Below, piece by piece: positions 10,255-19,903 of a DNA stretch of 64,000 bases. Source of the stretch: Calditrichia bacterium (GTDB lineage Bacteria > Calditrichota > Calditrichia > JAJRVZ01). Below the pieces are notes generated by a model. That model ran no database searches and had not been told where the DNA came from. It saw only the letters and a list, made by a program, of their open reading frames with translations. The translations under genes and the position numbers were made by a program. Position 1 is the first letter of the stretch. Each line of letters begins with the position of its first letter. The stretch is from positions 38,025-102,024 of the forward strand of contig CAVXXB010000003.1 of assembly GCA_963765585.1 (NCBI GenBank). The letters run 5' to 3'.

Positions 10255-11574
10255 ATGCCTCAATCATATAATCTGTTTAAGAAAAGCGATGCATCTGATA
10301 TTCCTTTGGCAGAGAGATGTCGTCCGACATCTCTCGACGACATCATAGGGCATTCCAGGTATCTGAATACAAACTCTCCTCTGCGAAAGCAGATTGATGC
10401 CGGTAAAATTCCATCCATGCTGTTTTGGGGACCACCCGGGGTAGGAAAAACAACCCTGGCCCATACAATTGCCAAAACATCGGGTTTACCTTTTGAGACG
10501 CTGTCAGCTGTCACCTCAGGGAAAAAGGAACTGACAGAAGTGATTCGAAGAGCAAAGGTTTCTGCAACACGAATTGTCCTGTTTATAGATGAAATCCACC
10601 GGTTTAATAAAGCACAGCAAGATGGCTTGTTGCATGCGGTTGAAGATGGAACCATCATTCTGATCGGGGCAACAACCGAGAATCCGTCCTTTGAAGTGAT
10701 TCCTCCATTATTAAGCCGGTGCCAGGTTCTTCAGTTAGATCCCCTTGGAAAAGATGAATTAAATTCGATTATCACCCGGGCGATTCGTTCAGATACCATA
10801 CTCTCCAAACTGTCTATAGAAATTCCAGCCATGGATGAGCTGCTGTTTTTTGGCAATGGTGATGCCAGGCGTACATTGAATCTTTTGGAAAGCTGTGTGA
10901 ATACACATTGGAGTGACAAAAAAACTATTGTACTTACGAATGAAGTGATCAAAGAGGTTGCCGGGCAAAATGCGTTGCTCTATGATAAAAAGGGTGATTA
11001 TCATTACGATACCATATCCGCATTTATAAAAAGTATTCGCGGAAGCGATCCGGATGCCGCCGTTCATTATCTGGCACGTATGTTAGAGGCCGGTGAAGAT
11101 CCTGTTTTTATAAGCCGGCGCTTAATCATTCTGGCCTCTGAAGATATTGGCAATGCGGAGCCCTATGCGCTTTCTCTGGCCACTGCTGGCCTGCAGGCGG
11201 TTCAGGCAATCGGTATGCCGGAGGCACGGATCATACTGGGCCAGGTAAGCACGTATCTGGCATCATGTCCCAAAAGCAATGCCGCCTATCTTGCAATCGA
11301 CGCCGCATGGGATGATATACGCAATAATCCTCAACCAGAGACCCCTCTTCATCTGAGGAACGCACCGACCAAACTCATGAAAGAATTAAATTATGGTGCA
11401 GACTATAAATATCCACATGATTTTCCAAATCACTTTGTTCTTGAAAATTATCTTCCCAAAAACCTGAAAAATAAAGTATATTACAGACCAACAGATCTTG
11501 GCAGAGAAAAAATATTAAAAGAGCGCTTAACAAAGCTTTGGGGAAAGCGTAAAGATAACTATAAGTCGTCATAA
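10255..11574 (+). CDS. rarA: Replication-associated recombination protein A (AAA+ ATPase)
   Basis: Walker A LFWGPPGVGKTTLA and Walker B VLFIDEIHRFNK, with a MgsA-type C-terminal domain. 439 aa. Confidence 0.9.
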   Translation: MPQSYNLFKKSDASDIPLAERCRPTSLDDIIGHSRYLNTNSPLRKQIDAGKIPSMLFWGPPGVGKTTLAHTIAKTSGLPFETLSAVTSGKKELTEVIRRAKVSATRIVLFIDEIHRFNKAQQDGLLHAVEDGTIILIGATTENPSFEVIPPLLSRCQVLQLDPLGKDELNSIITRAIRSDTILSKLSIEIPAMDELLFFGNGDARRTLNLLESCVNTHWSDKKTIVLTNEVIKEVAGQNALLYDKKGDYHYDTISAFIKSIRGSDPDAAVHYLARMLEAGEDPVFISRRLIILASEDIGNAEPYALSLATAGLQAVQAIGMPEARIILGQVSTYLASCPKSNAAYLAIDAAWDDIRNNPQPETPLHLRNAPTKLMKELNYGADYKYPHDFPNHFVLENYLPKNLKNKVYYRPTDLGREKILKERLTKLWGKRKDNYKSS

Positions 11575-11596
11575 CCGGATATAAATTACCCACCCT

Positions 11597-12190
11597 TTGA
11601 TCTTCTTTCAGACATTGGGAGGAGAGAAAGTGTGGTGTATGGAGAAAACGATGAGCAGTACATCCAATAATTTTTTAAAAAATTATTTTCTTGAGAAAAT
11701 GATCAGTACCCGCCTTTATTTTTCGAAAGACAAAGGACAACTGACAGACTTTTTCGAGCGTCTACAGGCTGTAGAAAAGCTGCTTGTTATCTTACCCCAG
11801 GATCGCGCCGAAGAAGTATATGTCAGACAGTATGTGAGTAAAATACATGAAATCTTCGAATCGGCAAAATTCTCCACATTGGATGTATGTACCCTACGCA
11901 AATCGGATATTAACTGGCTGGGTGTTCCAAACAATACTTTTTTATCAAAAATTCAGGATGAAAATTTTGATCTTGTAATTGATATCAATGGACATCATGA
12001 TCATCTTTGTACCTATCTGGGTGTTTTTACAAATGCGCCACTAAGATTACATCTCTGCGAGGGCAAATTTGACAAATTTTATAATATACATATCCGGGCA
12101 GGAGATAATGCACGAACAGATGCCAGATTTAAAAATTTAATAAACTATCTGGCAAAAATTCGAAAAATGTCAAAACGCAAGGCTTCCTGA
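11597..12190 (+). CDS. Hypothetical protein
   Basis: ORF only. It lies immediately upstream of a polytopic membrane protein and an ABC ATPase. Confidence 0.35.
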   Translation: MIFFQTLGGEKVWCMEKTMSSTSNNFLKNYFLEKMISTRLYFSKDKGQLTDFFERLQAVEKLLVILPQDRAEEVYVRQYVSKIHEIFESAKFSTLDVCTLRKSDINWLGVPNNTFLSKIQDENFDLVIDINGHHDHLCTYLGVFTNAPLRLHLCEGKFDKFYNIHIRAGDNARTDARFKNLINYLAKIRKMSKRKAS

Positions 12191-12200
12191 TAACCACAAA

Positions 12201-13535
12201 ATGCATACCATATTCACCTGTTTCTTAAGACAATTTGTCAATTATTGGAATTCTCTTTATCTCCGAATCAAAATTGAAATCTTTGTACTTCTTATTATTT
12301 TTTATTCATTCATAAGCGAAAAGTTAGTTCATGTTTTTTCGGATCTTCTTACCCGTCCGAATATTACCGGGCTTGGGTTAAATAGTTTTAGCGGCCATGT
12401 AATCGCCCTATTGCTTTCCATATCTATGCCTTTTGTTTATTTTAAACTGCTGCCGCGCCAGGAAAGTTTGCGGGCACTCCGCATTCTTCCCCTGTCATCT
12501 AATCATGCACTGGCGGCCTTACTTGTCTATATCACCTGGTATGAGCTGATCTCTTTGATTATCAGCGGTCCGGTATTCATTGCCCTGTTAATAACATCAG
12601 GTCCCCTTCCGGTCAGTTATTACCTTTATCTGCTGATAGTTTTTCCGGTAACATCTCTATTGCTGTTACAATTCTTATTACGGAAATCAAAGAGCCGCAC
12701 GCTGGTTACTTTACTCTATTTTATTAGTCTTTCAATATATTTTAGTGTGCATTCATTTGTCTATTTACATTATGATTTTTATTTGATTATTGATATTTTT
12801 CTGTTCCCAGGGATATTGATCTTGCTTTATAATTTATTAAAGCCATTTGCCGATCATTGGGATCTGCCGTTAAGTATAATGCAAAGCAAAGAAGGCGTGG
12901 TACAGAAAGTAAAACATTCATTACAATATGCACAGATTCCAAAAATTGTTCCCGGCAAAATTCACCCTTTTCTTGCCCGTGAGATCCTGGGTCATATCAG
13001 AAATAAAAATTATTTGCGGATGAAGATCTTAAGTATAGTACTATTTTCAATTGTTCTGTTTTTTTTCGGAAATATCCGCCCGGATTTTATTGCCGTTATT
13101 TGTTTTATATTTTGCTGGTGGCACTACAGTCATCAGTTCAACAACAAATATGTTTTTTCAGAATCGCGGGATTTTTTGGTCAGTCTGCCGGTACAATATT
13201 ATCAAATTTGGTTTTCCAAATTTCTGACTGAGATTATCCTGCTTCTCCCCATACTGCTGATAAGTTTGCTGGCTCTTTTATTTTTTGGCGATTCGGGTCT
13301 GCATAGTATAGTAATATTTATGGCACTGGTAACATTTTCCGTTCTGCTACTATTCATTATTACAAACATACGTTTACTTTTTTTAGATAATGCCAGAATG
13401 GCGGGTTATGCCTATCATTTTCTGGTTATTTTCTCTTTGATAATGATCGGTAATTTTTATCTGGTCGGACCAATAGTTATTCTGGGACTATTAGTCTATT
13501 TATCATTTTTAAGCTATCGTCAATTTTCACGCTGA
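12201..13535 (+). CDS. Polytopic membrane protein (putative ABC-2-type permease partner)
   Basis: Very hydrophobic, with at least 10 predicted TM segments. It lies 8 bp upstream of an ABC ATP-binding protein. Confidence 0.5.
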   Translation: MHTIFTCFLRQFVNYWNSLYLRIKIEIFVLLIIFYSFISEKLVHVFSDLLTRPNITGLGLNSFSGHVIALLLSISMPFVYFKLLPRQESLRALRILPLSSNHALAALLVYITWYELISLIISGPVFIALLITSGPLPVSYYLYLLIVFPVTSLLLLQFLLRKSKSRTLVTLLYFISLSIYFSVHSFVYLHYDFYLIIDIFLFPGILILLYNLLKPFADHWDLPLSIMQSKEGVVQKVKHSLQYAQIPKIVPGKIHPFLAREILGHIRNKNYLRMKILSIVLFSIVLFFFGNIRPDFIAVICFIFCWWHYSHQFNNKYVFSESRDFLVSLPVQYYQIWFSKFLTEIILLLPILLISLLALLFFGDSGLHSIVIFMALVTFSVLLLFIITNIRLLFLDNARMAGYAYHFLVIFSLIMIGNFYLVGPIVILGLLVYLSFLSYRQFSR

Positions 13536-13542
13536 GGATTTC

Positions 13543-14268
13543 ATGATTAGGTTAGAAAACATTTCGATTCGTTACCCATCCGTTCTGGCAATCGATAATC
13601 TCAATTACGAATTTAAAGATGGTCTCATCTATGGATTAATCGGGCCAAATGGGGCCGGCAAGACTTCAATAATACAGGCGCTTGTTGGATTAATTACCGA
13701 ATTTGATGGTCGCATTCTGGTGGGAGATCAGGATGCCCTTTTAAACCGAAAGGCCGTAAAAAGTCTTATTGGTTTTGCGCCGGAGGAGACGAATCTCTTC
13801 CCATATTTGTCAGCAAAAGAATATCTAAACTTTATATGCGATGTGAGGCAGGTATCCCAAGGAGATAAAAAAGCGAATGATTTAATCGACTTGCTGGGTT
13901 TAACAGAAGTGGCGGATGATATGGTTGATCGGTACTCTCATGGTATGAGAAAAAAACTCTCTCTTGCCGGTGCACTGATTGCCGATCCCGATTATATCAT
14001 TCTGGATGAAGCACTAAACGGACTTGATCCGATAGCCATGCATAATACCCGGGAAAACCTGAGGGAACGTGCAGATAGTGGCAAAACGATTATTCTGGCC
14101 TCGCATGTACTTGAGGTAGTTGAAAACTGGTCTGATGTAATTGTAATATTAAATCATGGTAAAATTGCGGGTACTTATTCACAGGAAGAGATTAAAACAT
14201 GGTGTCAGAAAAACAATAAAAATTTTAGTGATTTTTTTGTTCAGTTGATTAATCTGAAATATTCATAA
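13543..14268 (+). CDS. ABC transporter ATP-binding protein
   Basis: Walker A GLIGPNGAGKTS, an ABC signature-like LSLAGAL segment, and Walker B IILDEALNGLDP. Confidence 0.85.
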   Translation: MIRLENISIRYPSVLAIDNLNYEFKDGLIYGLIGPNGAGKTSIIQALVGLITEFDGRILVGDQDALLNRKAVKSLIGFAPEETNLFPYLSAKEYLNFICDVRQVSQGDKKANDLIDLLGLTEVADDMVDRYSHGMRKKLSLAGALIADPDYIILDEALNGLDPIAMHNTRENLRERADSGKTIILASHVLEVVENWSDVIVILNHGKIAGTYSQEEIKTWCQKNNKNFSDFFVQLINLKYS

Positions 14269-14418
14269 CCACTAAGTCACAAAGTAGAAAATTATTTGTT
14301 ATAAGAAACATTTACAACTATAAGATATAATATTTGAATTTTAATTGTAATTTTTTAAATCATTTTCCCTTTGTGTCTTAGAGTCTTTGTGGTAAAGTTT
14401 GTGAATTAATCAGGTATA

Positions 14419-16008
14419 TTAATAATCACGATACACTGTTTTTCCTGCCAGAACGGTCATCTTATTTTTTATCTGATCAAGCCCTTCCTCACTCACATTA
14501 AAGATGTTATCACTGAGCACGATAAAGTCGCTCAGTTTTCCCGGGGCCAGCGTACCTTTTATATTTTCTTCATAGGATGCATACGCCGCTTCACGGGTAT
14601 ACGCATTCACCGCGGCTTCTGTGGTGATACACTGATGATTTTGCCATCTTGGCTCCGAAGGATCTGATTGATATCTTCGTCCAACGGCAGCCTGTATCCC
14701 TTTCAACGGATCCGGATCGGCAACCGGCATATCGGAGCCAAACACCACGCGGCAGCCGGATTGGAGCAAGCTATTTACCGGATACGTGTTTTGGGATCGT
14801 GTTCCCAGGTATTTCTCAGCAATCCGCACATCATCGGTAATATGCAGTGGCTGCATTGAGGCAATAATTTGTAACTGGGAAAATCTCGGGATATCTGTTT
14901 CCATAAGGATCTGGCTATGTTCAATCCGATGTCTTAGGGGAACAGGAGATTGGAAATCCTGTAATCTTTCAAACACGTTCAAAACTTTATGATTTGCCCG
15001 ATCACCGATTGCATGAATAGTTGCACTTAGTCCGTTTTCTGAACTGTGTTTTACCAAGTCATATAAATCTGATTCAGATAAAACACTAATCCCGTTATGA
15101 TCTAATCCGTCATAGTTCTCAAACATATCGGCAGTCTGCGACCCCAGAGAACCATCCATAAAATATTTTAAGCCGCCCATTCGGAACCATTCATCCCCAC
15201 TGCCACTTTGTACACCGGCCTCAATTAGTTTATCCATGTCAGCCACGGGCGGATGCACACATATTCTAAGTTGAAGATCCCCATTCATGTGCATCTGTTG
15301 AAATATCTTATGTTTATCCAACGTTTCGCAGCTATGGGCACCACTAACACCCAGACGATACAGATCCGGATATATTTTTTTCATACAGCGGTTTAATTGT
15401 TCGTAACTGCACAGATCAGAAATGCGGTCTACTAACTCACACACCTTTTCATAAACCAGTCCTGTTAGCTTTCCATTATTATCGCGGGCAAAGCGTCCGC
15501 CGGGTGGATCAACTGTATCATCATTAAAACCACATCGCACCAAAGCGAGACTGTTTAACCATTGGGTATGTCCGTCTTTATTATACAGAACAACCGGATG
15601 TTTTTGTGTGATCTCGTCCAGGTCAGTTCGATCCGGCCGACCTTCCGGCCAGATATTGGCATTCCATCCACCTCCAAGAATCCACTCCCCGGGATCAACT
15701 GAATCCGAGAATCTGGAAATCATATCAATTGCTTCTGCTTTTGAGTTACATTTATCCAGGCGCAGGCGTTCTTTATCCAGCGCGACTGCTGCGATATGTG
15801 AATGACAATCTGTGAAAGCCGGAAGGACAAACTGCTGGTTCAGATTAACGTACTCGGTCAGATAATCAGGTAAATTAATATCGGATTTTTTACCGCAGTG
15901 GATAATTCGGTTACCGTGGATTAATATGCTATCTGCAACAGGGTGGTTGTTCTGTAAGGTATGTATATTGCCGTTAAAAAATAGTTTGAATTTTTTAGAT
16001 TCGGACAT
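14419..16008 (-). CDS. Amidohydrolase-family metal-dependent hydrolase (amidohydrolase-3-like)
   Basis: HxH metal-binding motif (DCHSHIA) near the N-terminus and a typical C-terminal GSD motif (VVFGSDMPV). 529 aa. Confidence 0.8.
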   Translation of the reverse strand: MSESKKFKLFFNGNIHTLQNNHPVADSILIHGNRIIHCGKKSDINLPDYLTEYVNLNQQFVLPAFTDCHSHIAAVALDKERLRLDKCNSKAEAIDMISRFSDSVDPGEWILGGGWNANIWPEGRPDRTDLDEITQKHPVVLYNKDGHTQWLNSLALVRCGFNDDTVDPPGGRFARDNNGKLTGLVYEKVCELVDRISDLCSYEQLNRCMKKIYPDLYRLGVSGAHSCETLDKHKIFQQMHMNGDLQLRICVHPPVADMDKLIEAGVQSGSGDEWFRMGGLKYFMDGSLGSQTADMFENYDGLDHNGISVLSESDLYDLVKHSSENGLSATIHAIGDRANHKVLNVFERLQDFQSPVPLRHRIEHSQILMETDIPRFSQLQIIASMQPLHITDDVRIAEKYLGTRSQNTYPVNSLLQSGCRVVFGSDMPVADPDPLKGIQAAVGRRYQSDPSEPRWQNHQCITTEAAVNAYTREAAYASYEENIKGTLAPGKLSDFIVLSDNIFNVSEEGLDQIKNKMTVLAGKTVYRDY

Positions 16009-16041
16009 GGTCTTTGGAGGAAATGGATAAAAAAAAAGCCC

Positions 16042-16359
16042 TCATTCAGAGGGCAATTCTTCAATTTTGTTTTCTTCTTCAACGATATAATGGAAATTTA
16101 ATTTCCCTTCCATCAACTCTTCCTGAGCAATAACCGTGGGATTTATTTCTTTTTCGTGTTCAATACCTTCAAAGAATTCACGGTCATAAACGTCCATATC
16201 CTGCTCATAACCCGATTCTTCCAGGATTTCTTTTTCCTTGCGTTTGGCAATTCGCTCGCCATTTATTTCACGGGCTCTTTTGGCAATAACCAGAACTGCT
16301 TCATAGACATTGTGGCTGGTACTTTCGAGTTGTTCCAAATCAACTGTTTGAATCGCCAT
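16042..16359 (-). CDS. rpoZ: DNA-directed RNA polymerase subunit omega
   Basis: VYEAVLVIAKRAREIN matches the RpoZ core (E. coli NRFDLVLVAARRARQM). It has an acidic C-terminal tail. The start could also be the upstream ATG at 16371. Confidence 0.55.
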   Translation of the reverse strand: MAIQTVDLEQLESTSHNVYEAVLVIAKRAREINGERIAKRKEKEILEESGYEQDMDVYDREFFEGIEHEKEINPTVIAQEELMEGKLNFHYIVEEENKIEELPSE

Positions 16360-16444
16360 GTAATCCTCCAAAAAAATTGTTAAAGCCTTGTAATTTAGTA
16401 ATAACTACATGGGAAGTCAATTTTATTCCGCATAACATGAGTAT

Positions 16445-16469
16445 GTAGTCCATCTATAAGATGGACTAC
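16445..16469. repeat. Perfect palindrome GTAGTCCATCT-ata-AGATGGACTAC (11-bp stem); an identical stem recurs at 39826..39850
   Basis: Read directly. The second copy is GTAGTCCATCT-ttg-AGATGGACTAC. Confidence 0.85.
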
Positions 16470-17639
16470 ACTGATCCGCATAATTCCGGTAATTTTTCAC
16501 CCTGCAATCGGGCGACTACCACGGCACCAACACTATCACTCAATACATTTACTGTCGTACGAAACATATCCAGCACTCTGATCAACCGCAAGTATTATCC
16601 CAACACTTTCCAGGGGTAATCCTACGGCGGAGAGAATAATCGACATCATCACAAGCCCGCTCATCGGCACACTGGCAGCTCCGATCGAAGCCAGCAAAGC
16701 GGTAATCACAACAATAACCTGATCACTGACCGTCAAATCGGCACCATAAACCTGTGCAATAAATATCGTAGCGACACATTCATATAGGGCCGTACCATCC
16801 ATATTAACGGTTGCCCCAATTGGTAATGTAAATCCGGCCACCTTCCTGGAAACACCAGAATGCTCCGTTACAGCTGACATAGTTAATGGTAATGTCACCA
16901 TAGACGAACACGTGGAAAAAGCAGTGATAATTGCCGATGGCATTCCACGGTAGTGCTTAACCGGATTTCTATTCCCAATAAATCTCAGTAATAATGGTAA
17001 ATTAATAAATGCATGTATCGCTAATCCTACAAGGACAACCATAAAATAAAAACCAAGAGACTGGAAGGCACTAAAACCTGTTTTTGCAACTATTTTTGCG
17101 GTAATACCAAACACACCCAGTGGTGCACTCCAGACAACCAAATGAGTTAGTTTCAGCATTGCTTCAAATGCAGCCTGAAAAATATCTCCCATAGTCTTTT
17201 TATGTTGATCCTTCAGGCGGGTAATAAAATATCCAAAAAGTACGCTAAAAAAAATGACCGGCAAGACGTTCCCGTCAACCATTGATTTAAATGGATTCTC
17301 GGGAATAATTCTCAGTAATAAATCCTGAAAGCCCTGATTGGCCGCCGGAATAGATTTTACCGAACTTTCAAGCCCTATCTCGGCTCCGAGACCTGGCGCA
17401 AAGAGATTAACCAGGATCAGCCCGGTGATGATTGCCATCAGGCTGCTTAAAATATAATACCCAAATGTATGCAGGCTAAGTTTCCCCAAACCGGTCGCAC
17501 TGCCAACACTAATGACACCGGAAATAATCGATGTGATAATTAATGGCATGATCGCCATACGAAGCAGACGTAGAAATAATTCAGATAACGGTTCGGCGAC
17601 AGGTAAAACGGATTCGCCTGCCAACCATCCCGTAAGCAT
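16466..17639 (-). pseudogene. Dicarboxylate/amino-acid:cation (Na+/H+) symporter (DAACS/GltP family) with apparent frameshift near 16580 and no canonical start upstream of TM1
   Basis: The ORF at 16536..17639 ends ...ILAVDQSAGYVSYDSKCIE. A +1 shift at ~16580 (one extra base in the run gatCagagtg on the coding strand) gives the canonical family C-terminus [34 protein letters not shown]. That frame ends at a TAG at 16468..16466. Upstream of the ATG at 17639 the frame stays open and encodes a TM1-like segment (IFKKLTLTHYIFIGLFLG). No ATG, GTG or TTG precedes it before the in-frame stop. Confidence 0.6.
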
Positions 17640-17727
17640 ACCAAGGAAAAGACCGATAAATATATAGTGAGTGAGTGTTAGTTTTTTGAAAATCAGACCT
17701 TTTGATATATATAAATTTTCTATTTAC

Positions 17728-18858
17728 TCATTCCGGACCGAAACACCTGTACGGATTCTCAATCGAGTATTCATTGATAATTTCTTCATAATCATCAAAC
17801 CAGTACGCGTTTGGGTTTCTTTTAAAAACAATAAACCTTGCATTCTCCTGTGGATTAGCCGCACGATGATAGCGCATATATATATGTGTTTCCGTTAAAC
17901 CGACAATCTCAATTTTACCGGTGCTATGAGACATCACCAGCCGTGCTCTTTTTGCTAATCCGGAACATTTCATGCGTGATTTTTCAAATAATTCGAAGGA
18001 TTCTTCGATTGGAACAGCATAGGTTTTATTTCCCAATGTAGGTCGACAGATAAACAGATAATACGGTGCAACCCCCATATAAGACAATTCATTGAACAAC
18101 TCTGCAAGCACTTCGGGATCATCATTGATGCCACGAATGATCGGCGTCTGGTTTACAGCAACGGCACCGGATTTCCGCAATAGATTTATTCCTACGCTGG
18201 CAACATCGGTTATTTCCCGCGGATGATTAAAATGCGTCATTATATAAATACGCTTGTTGTTAAAACTAAATTTTTCAAACATATCTGTTAAAGATTTGTC
18301 ATTAATAATACGATATGGATTAAAACTGGGTATTTTTGTCCCAATCCTGATTACCTTGACATGTTCTATATCCCGTAATTGCTGTATAATATTTTCCAAT
18401 TTGGCAGTGGACATGATCAGCGGATCACCACCGGTTAGCAATACATTATTTATCTCAGGATGGTTTTTTATATACTCGATACCCTGAGAGACATCACGCA
18501 CTACCTCATCATTTATATCCATAAATATACGCTTTCGAAAACAAAAACGGCAGTACGCACCGCAAACATCATTCACCAATAAAAGAGCAGTATATTCATA
18601 TTTGTGCTCCAATCCGGGCACTTTGGTATAGGTTTCTTCATCAGAAGCATCAAGACGACCCCACTGATCCAGTTCATGGGGACTGGGCATGACAATTTTT
18701 CTAATGGGATCATCAGAATCATCCCAATTTATCAGATTCTGATAATAGTCATTTGTGCGAAATGCGAATTTATCGATAACTGGCTGCATCTCATTTAGCT
18801 CAGACTCAGTTAACTGAGGTACTTGATTAAGTTTCACGATATAATTAGGTTTATACAT
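17728..18858 (-). CDS. KamA-family radical SAM protein (lysine 2,3-aminomutase-like)
   Basis: CGAYCRFCFRKR is a CxxxCxxC motif in KamA-family context. A PLP/aminomutase-like region follows. 376 aa. Confidence 0.8.
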   Translation of the reverse strand: MYKPNYIVKLNQVPQLTESELNEMQPVIDKFAFRTNDYYQNLINWDDSDDPIRKIVMPSPHELDQWGRLDASDEETYTKVPGLEHKYEYTALLLVNDVCGAYCRFCFRKRIFMDINDEVVRDVSQGIEYIKNHPEINNVLLTGGDPLIMSTAKLENIIQQLRDIEHVKVIRIGTKIPSFNPYRIINDKSLTDMFEKFSFNNKRIYIMTHFNHPREITDVASVGINLLRKSGAVAVNQTPIIRGINDDPEVLAELFNELSYMGVAPYYLFICRPTLGNKTYAVPIEESFELFEKSRMKCSGLAKRARLVMSHSTGKIEIVGLTETHIYMRYHRAANPQENARFIVFKRNPNAYWFDDYEEIINEYSIENPYRCFGPE

Positions 18859-19022
18859 AACAATGATTCATTTTTTTACAGACAAATATTATCGGGAGAT
18901 CCTGGATTTAGCATTCCCTTTTATGACGAGAATTAATATATAAACTGACTTGGCATCAACCAAAATTATTTTACAGTTTCTGGATTAAAAATTTTGTCGG
19001 CAACAACTATTGGATTTGTCAG

Positions 19023-19235
19023 ATGAATTATAAAATTCATATTATTATGATACTATTTTTTTTGTTTCCGGTTCTGGTTTTCTCTCAACCCGAGATCGAT
19101 TTACCGTCCGAATTACATATTTTTGTGGGTGATTCTGCTTTCGAACCATCCGAATCCTGGACTGACAGCCTGATACTTGAAGCGCAGACTGGTTATTTAC
19201 GATACGAGATTGTGAGCAGCGTATCGTGGGTTTAA
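19023..19235 (+). CDS. Small hypothetical secreted protein (70 aa)
   Basis: Signal-peptide-like N-terminus MILFFLFPVLVFSQ. Weak; it sits in a ~1-kb gene-poor interval. Confidence 0.25.
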   Translation: MNYKIHIIMILFFLFPVLVFSQPEIDLPSELHIFVGDSAFEPSESWTDSLILEAQTGYLRYEIVSSVSWV

Positions 19236-19299
19236 TAAGATCCAAACTAAAATCAGAGTACCACAAATCTTTTTATTTAGTCAGGTTCTTCGCCAGATT

Positions 19300-19653
19300 G
19301 TGTTTTATTATGGACTACTAAATGATGAAAACACACGATCGGGTGAAATTCTTTTACTTTATCCCTTTTTCAGAGATATTGATGAAGAACCGGCCGCCAA
19401 ATGTAGTTATGTCAGTGAGGGCCGGTATCATATTGAACTAAATTACTGGGAGCATATTGATTTACCAAATCCACCACCACCGGAAGACAAATTCTTGTAT
19501 AACCAGTTGCTTGAAGCTTCCATGACTGAATTTGGTGACCGGGATGGCATCTCAGAAGAACTCCTGGAAAAGATTGCATCAGAAAACAACATAGACACGG
19601 ACCAGCTATTGCAAATATATCAGAATGTAAAATTATGGCAGCTGGCACAGTAA
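19300..19653 (+). CDS. Hypothetical protein (117 aa, GTG start)
   Basis: ORF only, with an acidic C-terminal half. It might be a frameshifted continuation of the preceding small ORF. Confidence 0.3.
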   Translation: MFYYGLLNDENTRSGEILLLYPFFRDIDEEPAAKCSYVSEGRYHIELNYWEHIDLPNPPPPEDKFLYNQLLEASMTEFGDRDGISEELLEKIASENNIDTDQLLQIYQNVKLWQLAQ

Positions 19654-19903
19654 TTTAGTATCATGAAATAATTTGACTATATTATTTTCGCGATACCTTC
19701 TTCAACTTGAATTACTCATATATTTACCACAAAGACACAAAGATAAATGAAGTAAACAGAAATTATACGGCAAAGATTGTATCTATCATTTTTTATCGTT
19801 TCTGGAAATCCATTATTTTTTCTAACTTTATGTCTTGATGACTTAGTGGTTATTCAAAATTTGTAATAAAAATATATATCAGGTGTATTAAAGGAAAAAA
19901 TTT

